Source: Camelus dromedarius
Taxonomy: Eukaryota
Length of the DNA: 64,000 bases
Assembly (NCBI RefSeq): GCF_036321535.1
Contig: NC_087437.1
Coordinates: 4,650,001-4,714,000, forward strand
Direction: 5' to 3'
Under the pieces are notes generated by a model that worked only from the letters and a program-made list of their open reading frames with translations, made no database searches and was not told the origin of the DNA. The position numbers and the translations under genes are program-made. This document shows, piece by piece, positions 52,090-64,000 of the stretch (position 1 is the stretch's first letter; the number at the start of each line of letters is the position of its first letter).

Positions 52090-53674
52090 CAGAACCCATG
52101 TTTTGCACACAGGGGAGCCCTGACACAGATTCAACTTGAGCTCCTAACCCTTTACTGAGCAGTTGCTCGTGCGGAGCCCTTGCTGTGCTGCAGGATGTGG
52201 GGTGGATGCACCCACAGTCTAGCCTCTGGAGGGCAGTGATCTCTTCTCATCTGCTAACTCCAGCCGACTGATACAGATTTCCTGGGATGCTGTGTAAAGA
52301 AGGACCCTGAGGAAAGGGTCATGCCTTACTGGTAATTGCCTCCCTGAGAGGAGAGGCGGGCGTGGCAGCTGCGCTGCGTCTTTGCTGGCCCTGGTCTCGC
52401 CAAGTCCTCGTCATGCAACAAAGACAACGCTGGACTTGGCATTACTGAATTATTAACATTGTTGAACCCTCCCAGCAGTCATCCTCCATTCCCAGAGGAG
52501 AAAAGAGCTCTTGGAGAAGCCGAGTCACCTTGTCCAGGCCACACAGCTAGAACAGTCGGGGTCAGAGTTCCACAGGACTCTGGCCCAGCCCTGGGAGAAG
52601 ACGCCCCCCTGGTGGCCGTTTCCCCAGCCCCTGGGGGGGACCCCCATCAGACTGTCTCCCCCACCCCCGCTCTTCTTGTGGACCCGGCCCTTCCCTGGCG
52701 CCCACTCCTAACCCCCAGCCACTGACTTCACATCTCAGGGCCTCTTCAGAGTTGGGGCTGTATTCCCCCCAACATATTTGGCCCCACCGGCCAGACCTAC
52801 CCCTGAGAAGTGGCCGCACTGCCAGGCCCCCTCGGTGTGGGGACTGGGGTCGTGGGACTGCGCCTCTTCTCACCCTGCTGCCAGGACAGGCAGGGCCCGC
52901 GTGCCTGGACGCCAGCGGGGAGGCCGGCCACCCCCAACCAGGGACACTGGACTCTCGGGTGAGCAGGGGGTACGTTTCGATTAGACTAAGTCTTGGAAAT
53001 GCTGGCGCTTGTTTGTCACAGCAGATAGCATCACCCTAGCCCGCGAGTGAGGTGCCAACCATGGAACGTCCGTGAGCACCCAGGGTCCTTCTCTGTTCCC
53101 CAAATCACCACACAAGGTGTGTGCCTGGACCATCACCTTTGTCTTCAGATGAGGCTCAGAGATCCAGGGAGGCGCCTGAGGTCACACACAGCCAGCAGGT
53201 GGTTGGCCAGGTGTCTTGCATTGAAGATATCGATTGAATCCTGACATCTGACCCTGGATGACTTGGTGACCAGCACAACATGGTGACTCGCCCCACGCCC
53301 CCAACTCCATCTAGAGAGAATGAGCAGGGACTCAGAAAAAACAGCAGGTGTCGTCCCAGCCAAATGGGCTTGGAGGCGTTTCCAACACCTGGTTCCACGT
53401 CTTGCTAATCAAACCTCACGATGACTGATCTTTCGATCCTACTTCACTGGTTCATAAATGAGTTGTCAGTCCGAGTGGCTTCCCGGACTCTCCCGGCCAC
53501 AGGGAGGGTTTGGTCATTTACCTTCTCTGTTGAATAGTCTACTCTTCAAAGAGGGCAAAGGGTTGCAACTCATTTTGAAATCCATCAAAAAAAATAAGAT
53601 GGGTAAACACACAGGGGATGGAGTAAACACCACAAAAATTATAACATTTGCAGAATCTGCAACATCTGCGTGGT

Positions 53675-54077
53675 GGGTGCATTTGTCTGCGAGTCTGCCA
53701 CAGCCAAGCACCCGGGTGGTTAAACAACAGGAATTTGTTTTGCACAGTTTGGGAACCTCGAAGTCCAAGGTGAAGGTGTCAGGAGGCTTGGTTTCTTCCG
53801 GGACGTCCCTCCTTGGCTTGCGGATGCCTGCCCTCTCCCTGTGTCCTCACGGGACCTTTCCTCTTTCTCAGCGTCCCTGCTGTCTCTTTGTGTGCCCAAA
53901 TCTCCTCTACTTGTAAGGACACCCATCCTATTGGACCAGAGCCACCCATATGGCCTCTGTAACCTTAATCACCTCTTTAAAGGCCTGTGTCCAAATACAG
54001 TCACATGCTGAGGTCATGGAGGTTGGGATTTCAGCATGCACATTGGGGGTGAGGGCAAGACGCAAGTCAGCCCGTAA
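53675..54077. mobile_element. MaLR MLT1A/B-like LTR
   Basis: ttaaacaacaggaatttgttttgcacagtt...gaagtccaaggtgaaggtgtc...aaccttaatcacctctttaaaggcc...tccaaatacagtcacat. Confidence 0.75.
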
Positions 54078-54490
54078 CCGGGGGTATCTGGTGCTCCCTG
54101 GGCAATTCTTCCCACTTGTTTGAATGCTTGGGATTTTTCATAATAAAATAAAATGTAAAAATGTAGGTAGGCAACAGAGAACCAGAAGATATCTCCACAG
54201 GGTTAGGATCGGGGTGGGTGGGTCCAGCGCCCTTGCTGGTGAACATCTAGGGGCTGCACAGAGCCAGGACACCAGCGCCATCTGGAGGAGTATGTCTGCA
54301 CTCATCAGGAGACCTTGAGCGAGGAATTGAACCCCCAGGAAGGACAGGAGACAGACGTTCTTTTCTGCACCCTTCCCCGACAATACAGACGCCACACTCC
54401 CCAGGCTCCCCAAGCTACAAGGATGAAGGAAAACCACCTCACACTGGTCATTATTTTATAGTAAGTCACATATCAAAAGTGACTCCCTTG

Positions 54491-55188
54491 ACCCTCCTAG
54501 ACTGCTGGTGGGAATGTATTTGGTGCAACCGCTATGGAAAACTGTATGAAGATTCCTTTAAAAACTGAAAATAGAGTTAGCCTATGATCCAGCCAGCCCA
54601 CTTCTGGGCATACATCCAGAGAAAATGCTACTTCGAAAAGACGACTGCTCCCCAATGTTCACAGCAATACTATTTACAATAGCCAAGACAAGGAAGCAAC
54701 CTAAATGTCCATCAACAGGTGACTGGATAAAAAAGCTGTGGTACATTTATACAATGGAATACTACTCAGCCATAAAAAAGAATGAAATAATACCACTTGC
54801 AGCAACATGGATGGACCTAGAGATCATTATTCTAAGTGAAGTAAGCCAGAAAGAGAAAGAAAAATACCATATGATATCACTTATATGTGAAACCTAAAAA
54901 AATGACACAAATGAACTTACTTATCAAACAGAGACAGACTCACAGACATAGAGAACAAACTTATCAGGCGGGAAATGGGAGGAGGTGGAGGGATAAATTG
55001 GGACTTTGGGATCAGCATATATAAAACAGATAAACAGCAAGGTTCTTCTGTATAGCACAGGGAACTATATTCAATATCTTGTAATAGCCTGTAATGAAAA
55101 ATATATGTATATAAATGTAAAACTGAATCACCATGTTATACATCAGAAATTAACACAACACTGTAAATCAACAAAATTTCAATTAAAA
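54491..55188 (+). mobile_element. 5'-truncated L1
   Basis: ORF2 C-terminus KCPSTGDWIKKLWYIYTMEYYSAIKKNE; degenerate 16-bp TSD (13/16) at 54475-54490 and 55189-55204. Confidence 0.92.
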
Positions 55189-56059
55189 AAAATTTACTCC
55201 TTTGTGTACAGATTCAAGGAGACAAACTCATCTCCCTTTCCTCCCACCAGGGAAATTTTTTGGACCTTATCTGAAGGAAGGCATCTGCTTTTCTGAGTTC
55301 AAGTTCTAATTTGACCAAATGGCATGTGGTAATAGAGAGGAAGGGTGAGGCAATGTTATTAGGAGCCAAGGGAACATCAGGAAAGCTCCCCCAGGCTGGC
55401 TGCGCCTTGGCTCTGAATTTGATTACAGCGGCCGGGATAAATCAGCAAGTCCTGTTACATCTTCTGCTTTGGCTTGAGGAGGGAGGCCAGGTTTCTAGAG
55501 TTATTCGGGAGATCTAGCCAGGACAGAGACAGACTCCTCCAACTGCACGGGGCCCAGAGGCTGGCTGTTGCCAACATGCGCTGACAACTGGGGCCAGGTG
55601 GAAAGACCCTGAGTTTCCACCAGCTATGTTTCCACGTCCTCATTTTTTCATGATGACATTTCAGCGCTCTGATTACTTGTGATTCAAAACCACGTGGCTC
55701 CCTTAACCCTTTCCCTAGAGCCCCCATCCCTGCCCACCGCCTCTGGTAACTGTTATCCCAGGTCCATGGCAGGTGGTCCCTGGGAGCTCTGGCTGCCCAT
55801 TGGCACATTTCCATCCAGTGGTCTCATGAGTCACTCAAATCCCTGTATTCCAGAAAGTGGGGGATCTCGGGCTGACCCCTTTGGACTCAACTGAGCCACT
55901 GAGCTTCTCGAGTGAACAAGCGGGCAAGACGACCCTTAGGCATTCTAAGCAGTGCTAAAAATTGTGTGATTCCACCATTTGGGAAATTCTGAGATCCCCA
56001 TTCCCACTGCTAACTTGAGTCTTTTAAAACAGACTTTTAAAGACAGAAAAATCCCACCC

Positions 56060-57255
56060 TGTGCTCCAGATGAGAGACTCTGCTTTGTGTGCATATACGG
56101 GATTTTGTTTAATTGTTTAAAATAGGGAATACCTTCATGTGATTCAAAATTCAAAAAGCATAAATGGGAGAGCATGAAAACTCTCCTACCCCTGTCCCAG
56201 TTCCAATGATTTATTATCAATTAATCTCCTGTGTAATCTTCCATAAAGATTCTATGTACACAGAAGCAAACAGGTAGGTATATTTTCTCCTCTTGCTCTT
56301 ACTATTACTTGTAACGAAATAGTAGACCTGTGATTCTCTCTCTTGGTTCCTTCACAGTATTTCTAAGAGTTTCTTCTGTATTACTACAGAAAATGCAACC
56401 ACATTCCTTGCTTTGGCTGCATAATATTCCTTCACTTAGAAGAACCATAATTTGTTCACCCTGCCCTGCACTGATGTGCATTTGGGTGATTTGCAAACAC
56501 TTGCTGATACCAGCAACGATACCGTGAAGTAACCTTCTACGTGCATCTTCGTGCATGTTGGTAAGCGGGCCCACTGGACGAGTTCTTGAATAGAACTGCT
56601 GGGTCAAAGAGTGGGTGCGTTTGCAGTTTTTACACAGGCTGCCTAATTTACCTCCACAGTCTCCAGCAACCCACATTCTGTCCCACAAGCAGAGGACGGA
56701 TGAGCGTATCTGTTCTCACACACCCTTGTCAGCACTCATGACGTCAGATCTTTTGAATTTCACCCATCTGACATATGAAAAATGGTATGTCAGTGTGCTC
56801 CTCTTAATTTTGCATTTCTCTTATGGTGAATGAAGCGGGGGGTATTGCCACAAGTTTTAAAGCCATGTGTATTTTTTCCACTTTTCCATTAGGTTGTTGA
56901 TCTTCCCTTATCAAAAAAAATATATGTATATATATACACACACTTACACATAAAGCAATACTTTATGATATGACTTGCAAATATTTTCCCCAGTTTGTTT
57001 TGGCCTTTTGACATTGTTTTTTTCTTTTTAATTGTTTTTCCCACATACAAATTTTATCTTTTTATGTAATAGAACTGATTGTAGAAGACTTTTTTTTTTT
57101 ATAGCTTCTGGGTCTTCCCCCTACACTAAAGTTACTCCCCAAATCCCCCAAGATTTCTTCTAGTAAGTTTATAATTTCATACTTTATGTTTAAATCTTAA
57201 TTCATTTGTGATTTATTCTGGTGTAAGATGTAAGTTTGTCTGCTTGTTTTCCAGG
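56060..57255 (-). mobile_element. Old L1M(E)-type fragment
   Basis: T-rich degenerate antisense L1 features (ttaattttgcatttctctt, ttgcaaatattttccccagtttg, tttatgtttaaatcttaattcattt). Confidence 0.6.
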
Positions 57256-60239
57256 AGATATTTCACACGTGCTGAGCACTGGCTCCAACAGCTGTCAGGG
57301 CTGTAATATTTTCTCTACTTGACAGATAAGTACACTGAGGCTTGAAGAAGTGCCCAGGTAAGCGGCGGGGTTGGGACTGAACCCAGATCAGCTGTGTTCT
57401 TATCCTCACTGCTCCGTTCATACGAACTGCACCCCGGACACCACGAGGGTGACTCACCTCACTTCTCACTGACTGTTTCATTTGTTATTTTAGTGTCACA
57501 AACAGATGATGGGCTCCTTGTGTTAGTTTGTCTTACGAATCTTCTTGTTCAATATAATACCTAAATACACAGTAGGAGGCGCAATAAAAATTGGTCGTTC
57601 GATTGTTGGGAAGTGTATCAAAAGCTATATATTTCAAGTAAGACTCATAAGTAATCTCTGTTTAGAGACAGAGACAGCTTTAAACATAATAATAATAATA
57701 ATCTGAATCCATTCAAATGGATTTTATTGCCTCATTTAGGGAAAAAAAATGGAACAAAATGCAAAGTGGCAGCAGATGGGTATAAGGCCACAAAACTGAG
57801 CATCTTTGTCAAGTCAGCCGCCACCGGCTGGCATTCCATCCGAAATCTCCATGTTTAATAATCTGCCTCTGATCTCCCGGGAGGACCCACGCTGGCAGGC
57901 CTGGTGACTTGGCATCGCTGTCCACTTTGAAGGGGGCAAGACTGTCATTTCATATGAGGCAGATGCGGTGTGGACAGAGAGCCCGTTCTCCTGACACAGA
58001 TGAATTAGATACGGGAAGTGGCTTGTCTCACCAGTCGTGTCCCTGCAGGGTTGTGCAATTTCCAACCTGGGGGAGGGGACGCCCTCGGGATGGAGTGCCC
58101 GGGAGCAGGGAGAGGGGAGCTCCTTGTGAGCTCCCCTGCCTGGGAGGGGCGCCTGCGGGTGCAGCTGAGCGCTCTGGAGCTGAGGCTCCATCCTCAGGTG
58201 TGAGCTGTGCTTTCCAGGTCCTCTAAGTCCAGTGTCGCCATCTCAAGGCACAACCACTCCTGAGTAGTTTCTACCAAAATTTCTACTATAGTAGAAGGAA
58301 GCACCCCAGCGGGAGGCAGGCGGCCTGGACTCCAGCTGTCTCACCGCATTCGGAAGAACCTGTAACTGAGAACATGCCTGTGTTCCAGGTGCCGCACAGA
58401 GTTCCGTGCTGTTACACTGCCATCTGACGAGGCAGGCTCTCTCATCCCCACTTTACAGAGGTAGAAACTGAGGTGCTAAGAAATTAAACCAAGACCACTT
58501 GGCCAGGCTCACTCGGCTAATGGGTCACGAGGCTGCCACTCAAGCCCAGAGCTGTCTGAACGTGCGGCGCCTGCCTCTTCCTCCTGCTCCGTGGGCTCTC
58601 GGGTGCCAGTGCTCGGGAGAGGAGCACGAGACAAGACCCCTTCTTTGCGGAGGAGCCGATTCTGTAAATTAGCAAGCAACTCGTCAGCCACAAAGTCAGA
58701 GCAAGTCTACGGCTCAGAGGCTCTTTGGAATCTGGCCCAGCCCTGCGCTTTGCAGATGGGGAAACTGAGCCTCCCAGAGAGCGCATGGCTGGCCCAACGC
58801 TACACATGTCCCCAAGTCAACAGCAGGCCAGAGAGGTGACCGGGTTCCCCGACGTCCACCTCAGGGCCTGAGCCTCTTGGAGAACCCGAAACAGGCAAGC
58901 GGACAAGCCGGCTGGCTCACTGTCGCCCGCCACCTTCTGGTGGGACCTGGGCAGGAGACACTGAGCAGCAGCCCCACGGCGGTCAGGCAGGTGTCCTCTG
59001 ACTTTCAGGGCTGTCCCGTCAACTCAGATTATTGAAGGAAAAAAAGAAAAGAAACCATTTGCTCAGACACTTTGGGGGAAGCCCTTTCAGGGCCTGAATC
59101 ATCCAGACAGCCTATCAGCCTCCCAGTGCCCCTTCACAGGCAGGTGCCACCCCTATCCCGTGGCCCCTGACCCTCAGGACGCTCGCCTTCCCAACCGTGA
59201 ACTTTACCCACAGCCACCTGCCTGATACAGCTCTTAGGGAGACAGACAAGAGGGAAAGGGCTGTCCTGGCCTGGTGCCCCCTAAATCCTGACCACTGAGA
59301 GTTTGGAGGCCTTTGGGGGGTCCCCCTGTGGGGTCCACCTTAGAACAGATGATCTCAGACACTGAACCAGTTCTGTTTGGGCACAAAGGGCGGCCTAGTT
59401 TCAACTCAATGATAACGACCCCCACCCCTACCCGCAGGCCCCTCATACAGGGGACAAGTCCAAACACTTGAACAAACCCAGAGTCACAGGAAAGTAAGAA
59501 AGCCCCAGTCGGGCAGGTAGGCCTCCACAGGCAGAATGGGCACCGTCACCCCACCCCTCACCCTCCTGGGCCCCCGAGACCCCCGTGCCAGGTCTGAGAC
59601 CCCAGAAGGTCCCTCCCGCAGTGTGTGTCCCAAGAGAGGACTCCCAGCTGCATCAGGAAAGCTCCTGGCTTTCTTTCTCCAGACTTCTCAGAAAGTGATC
59701 AAGAAGGCCCAGTGAGGGGCCGCAGGACACGTGGGGAACGTGGCGGGGAGGCCTGGGGGGTGGGGGGAGGCCTGTCCAACCCCCGTTCTCCTTTCCTGCT
59801 TTTCTCAGACCTCAGCTGGTTCGCGGTGCACAGCCCTCAGCAGCCACCAGGCCCCCCGCAGCTGTCGCGGCTCCCAGTACGGTCCCCGCTTGTGCTTATG
59901 TTGGTCGCCGTGGAGACCTAAGTGCAGGCTTGAATGGAGCTGACCGCTCCCGGCGGGCGGGAGATGGAACAGGGCCAGGTATAATTTTAGAGCCATCTGG
60001 GGAAGCCGGTCACCACGGTAAGAGCCTCCTTCCCTGGTCCACAGGTCCCTGGTTTGGGGACTGGTTCACAAATGCAAAACAGGTCAAAGCGGGGCCTCTC
60101 TTCTGGCCTTAACCCACTGGAAATTTTAAGCAAAAAGCCACTCTTTGGATTGTATTGGGGACTTTTGCCTTTTGCCACAAAGGCACCTTAGGGGAAATCA
60201 TGACTTCTTGGCGTGTGTAGAGACACTGTCAGGTTCTGG

Positions 60240-60680
60240 AAATAATGAGAGAAAAAGTTTACACATTGCACACAAGGCACTTTTCAAAGTCCTTTATGTT
60301 CATAATGAGCCCACTTAATCTTCACAACTGCACTATGAGTGAAATCCTTCTTTTAGCCCCATTTCACCGGCAGGGAAACTGAGGCACTGAGAGGGCAATT
60401 TGCTTGCCTAACATCACACAGCTAAGGGAAACACAAGATTTGGACCCAGGCAGCGTGGCACCAAATGTCCTACTCTGAACCACTAGGCTTTTCTGCCTCT
60501 ACAACAATTTGGGGCTCAGAAAGTCCTGATTTAGAAATTTGGCCCTGGCATTATGTGACCTCAGGTAAGTGACTGCACCTCTCTTTGTCAGTTCCCTCTT
60601 TGGTAAAATGCGGGGACTGATGTCTTGTGAAACTGTTGTGAAGATTAGAAGTCAGGTACATAAAGAGTCTAGCAAATAAG
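60240..60680. mobile_element. MIR SINE fragments
   Basis: cccatttcaccggcagggaaactgaggcac...cttgcctaacatcacacagcta; tgtgacctcaggtaagtgac. More MIR pieces near 49910-50050, 50940-51070, 58430-58500 and 63540-63670. Confidence 0.65.
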
Positions 60681-61532
60681 CAGTGCTCCATGCAAGGCGC
60701 TTTATTGGTGTTCGTGGGGCTCCCTGAGCAACTGGACCCCAGCTCCAGGTGTGCTGAGCTGTAGCTGCCGCTGCCTGGAAGGCGCGGTGGGCACGCAGCT
60801 GCAGCAGAGCCAGTGGAACCACGGCCGCTCCCTCAGCGCATCTACAGTGGATGCGCTGCTTCTCCCCCACCCCAACCTGTACCCTCAGCATCCCGCAGGC
60901 CCTGTGGGCTTCCAGCTCCAGCCACAGACACCACGTCCGAGGAAGTGGCTGGAGGCAGGGACACCCCTGGAGCTGGGGGTCAGTATCCCAGCCCCTGTCT
61001 CCCTGGGGTCCCCAGTGGATCTGGGGCCCCGCTGTCCACAGCAGAAATCTGCTCACGAGCTCCCTGCCCCCTGACCCCAGGACTGGCGATCTCCCTTCCC
61101 TGTCTCGGTTTCCTAGTGCCCTACTGGACCTTGAGAGCTTGTTTGGAGGTTCTAGCAGGGGAGCGCAGCTATTTGTATGCCCTTGACCGAGAACAGCAGT
61201 CCTCCTCTGTTGGGGATGGTCATCCCCTTCCACAGAGCGCACAGCTTCATGGAGCAGTGAGGGAGGAAGGGGACACCCGCCCAGCCAGCCAGATCAGCCG
61301 AATCAACCCTGGTGATCAATGGGGTGACAGATGTCAGAGCCAGATCGGCCTCACATCCTTCCCAGTGCCCTACTGGAATCGCCTCCCAAACACACCACTT
61401 GCACCCCAATCCTTGTCTCAAGGTCTGCTCTGGGAAGGGATCCATATGATGACAGTATACTTGCCTGTGCCTTTGATCCTGACGTCACTTAAAGGGAGCA
61501 CTCGTGGGACACTTTACCCAGTGGGAAAGGCA

Positions 61533-61745
61533 ACTGTGGGACACTGAATAATGGCCCCCAAGGAGGTTCACACCCTATTTCCTGGAATCCATAAAGGTTA
61601 CCTTATTTGACAAAAGGAGCTTTGCAAGTGTGATGAAATCAAGAAGTTTAGGGGAGATTATCCAGGTGGGTCCTACGTGTAATCACAAATGTCCTTATAA
61701 GAGAGAGGAAGAAAGAGACTGACAAAGAAGGAGGTCATGTGACCA
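61533..61745. mobile_element. MaLR MLT1C/D-like LTR 5' part
   Basis: tgtgggacactgaataatggccccc...gttaccttatttgacaaaagg...gggagattatcc...aatcacaaatgtccttataagagagagg. Confidence 0.7.
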
Positions 61746-61867
61746 CTGAGTGGCCACAGGAAACTAACACAGAAACTCAGGATACAGACTTGAGCAGCGG
61801 TCCTCAAAGTGTGGCCCATGGACCTGCTGCTTCAGCAGTACCTGGGATCTTACAGAAATGCAAACTC

Positions 61868-62232
61868 AGTTATCAGAGAAATTCAAATCCAAACCCAATG
61901 AGGTATCACCTCACACCAGTCAGAACGGCCATCATTAAAAAGTCTACAAATCACAAATGCTGGAGCAGCTGTGGAGAAAAGGGAACCCTCCTACACTGCT
62001 GGTGGGAATGTAAATTGATGTAGCCACTATGGAGACCAACATGGAGGTTCCTTAAAAAACTAAAAACAGTTACCATATGACCCAGCAATCCCACTCCTGG
62101 GCATATATCTGGAGGAAACTCTAATTCAAAAAGACCACATGCACCCAGTGTTCACAGCAGCCCTGTTTACAATAGCCGAGACATGGAAGCAACCTAAGTG
62201 TCCACCGACAGATGACTGGATAAAGAAGATGT

Positions 62233-62274
<42 letters not shown>

Positions 62275-62644
62275 GGAATATTACTCAGCCATGAAAAAGA
62301 ATGAAATAATGCCATTTGCAGCAACATGGATGGACCTGGAGATTATCATACCAAGTGAAGTAAGTCAGGCAGAGAAAGACAAATATTATATGATATCATT
62401 TACATGTAGAATCTTAAAAAATGAGACAACTGAACTTATTTACAAAACAGAAACAGACTCAGAGACATAGAAAACAAACTTACTGTTACCAAAGAGGAAA
62501 AGGGAGAGGGATAAATTAGGAATCTGGGATTAGCAGATACAGATTACTATATATAAGATAGATAAACAACAAGGTCCTACTGTATAGCATAGGGAACTAT
62601 ATTCAATTTCTTGTAATAACCTATAATGGAAAAGAAAAAAAAAA
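61868..62644 (+). mobile_element. 5'-truncated L1 inserted into MER5A, with internal (CA)n
   Basis: MRYHLTPVRTAIIKKS...[18 protein letters not shown]5A halves at about 61793-61867 and 62645-62745; (CA)n at about 62236-62272. Confidence 0.9.
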
Positions 62645-64000
62645 GCAAACCCTGGGCCCCACCCCAGACCCACTGGATCAGAAATTCCGGGGGTGGGCCA
62701 GCAGTGTGTGTTTTTACAAACCTTCCAGGTGATTCTGGTGCTGGCTGCAATGGTTAACCAAGGCTAGACATTAGAATCCTGGAGAACCTTACACACTCCC
62801 AGTGCCTGACCCCTTGCCCCAGAGATTCTGATGTCCTTGGTCTGTTCAGCTTAGACACTGGGCTCCTGTAAAGCATCCCAGAGGATTCTCGTGTGTCTCC
62901 AGGGCAGAGAACCAGTGCTGTAGTTTGAGATCCACCAATCTAGAACATTAACTGTCCAACTAAGCTTTGCAGAGCTCGGGAATTCTGGGGAAATGCCCGA
63001 GACTGCTAAAGAAGGAGGCTGAGTCCAAACCAGCACGGCTTCCGGCCCCAGATGCCAAAAGCCACCTGTGTAGATCGGGCTAGACAGGCAGCGGTCACAA
63101 GGAAGGCAGCCCAGGCATAAGATGAGAGGGTGCAGACTTGGAGCCGCTCTGTTCCAAACAGTCGTTGTGGTATCAGGATGTGGGCCAGGACTGCCAGGTT
63201 GTCCTGCTTTTTAAGAGCTTTTGGGTTTTTAAGAGATATCAGAAATACTTTTTTTTAATGTCAAATCACTTGATTCTTAAATGTTAGCAACTAAGGCAAT
63301 TAAAAACTTTTTCTCTCTGTTTCTTCTTTTTTCAGCAACATGAAGGCTGACCTGGGCTCCCAGGCAGCTGGTTCTTGAGCTTTGGCTCCGCTGCAGGGGT
63401 CTTTTCACCCCTCTGGCCCACCCGGCTCTTCTCAGGGTGATGACAGGAAATCCACGTGGGCGAGATGCTTTCATCTGCTCACTGCTGCATCCTGGTTCCA
63501 GGTACAGTGTTGGGACTTTGAGTGTTTGCTGAATGAATACATGCTCACAGCAATCCAGTGAGACTATTATACCCATTTTACAGATGAGGAAATTGGGACT
63601 TTTTACCGCAATTATGGTATAAGCTTTCCACAATCACACAGAGTCAGGATTCAAACCCAAGACCCCTCACAGTAGGGACAACTGTGAAGAGGAAGTACCC
63701 TGTGGCTGTGAGAAAGCTCAGCAAACAAAATGAGAGGTTTAGGGACACTTGGTACCAGTGATACGAGTAGCAGTTAAGGCTTGAACTGTATTTCAAGAAG
63801 ATGGGTCGTCGACCTGCCTGATGACTCCTGGGAGTCAGAGGGGCTTCTGGACCCTCTGGAGCTGTGTGGTTTTTGCGTGGCTCTGGCAGTGATGATTATG
63901 GACCTGAGGAAAGCAGGCTGGGGTGTAGTGAATGACTGTGTCGGGGCCCGGCCTGGGTCTCTGAAGAGAGAGCCCCCCCGGCTCACACCCACCCCTCTCT

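Noticed and set aside
49300..64000. Canonical COLQ exon 1 (MVVLNPMTLGIYLQ-type signal peptide) or HACL1 exons
   Set aside because: No match found by eye; they probably lie beyond the window end.

Overview
Mammalian genomic DNA, most likely a camelid: it has a tRNA-derived Vic-1-like SINE and cetartiodactyl-type L1 3' ends, and I saw no Alu, B1, BovB or PRE1. The window holds two convergent spliced genes that the ORF track shows only in fragments. EAF1 (+ strand) has 6 coding exons from ATG 208 to TAG 9833, giving an 810-nt CDS and 269 aa; it starts in a CpG island and has a ~2.9-kb 3'UTR. COLQ (- strand) encodes the collagen tail of asymmetric acetylcholinesterase. I traced 17 COLQ coding exons with GT-AG boundaries and consistent phase, from alternative first exon 1A (ATG 48791) to TGA 15944 (1350 nt, 449 aa). 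Canonical COLQ exon 1 was not found and probably lies beyond the right edge. The rest is intronic or intergenic sequence with L1, L2, MIR, hAT/MER, MaLR and ERV fragments; repeat names and comparisons to human and mouse are from recall, and repeat boundaries are approximate. I found no convincing novel multi-gene system. The best leads are non-coding: a triplicated 24-bp unit carrying NRF2/BACH-sMaf (ARE) sites, a ~400-bp branch-point-like tetranucleotide repeat filling COLQ intron 9, an atypical 100-bp L1 ORF2 insertion without poly(A), tandem splice donors at exon 1A, and an E-box-rich segment resembling human MIR4270.
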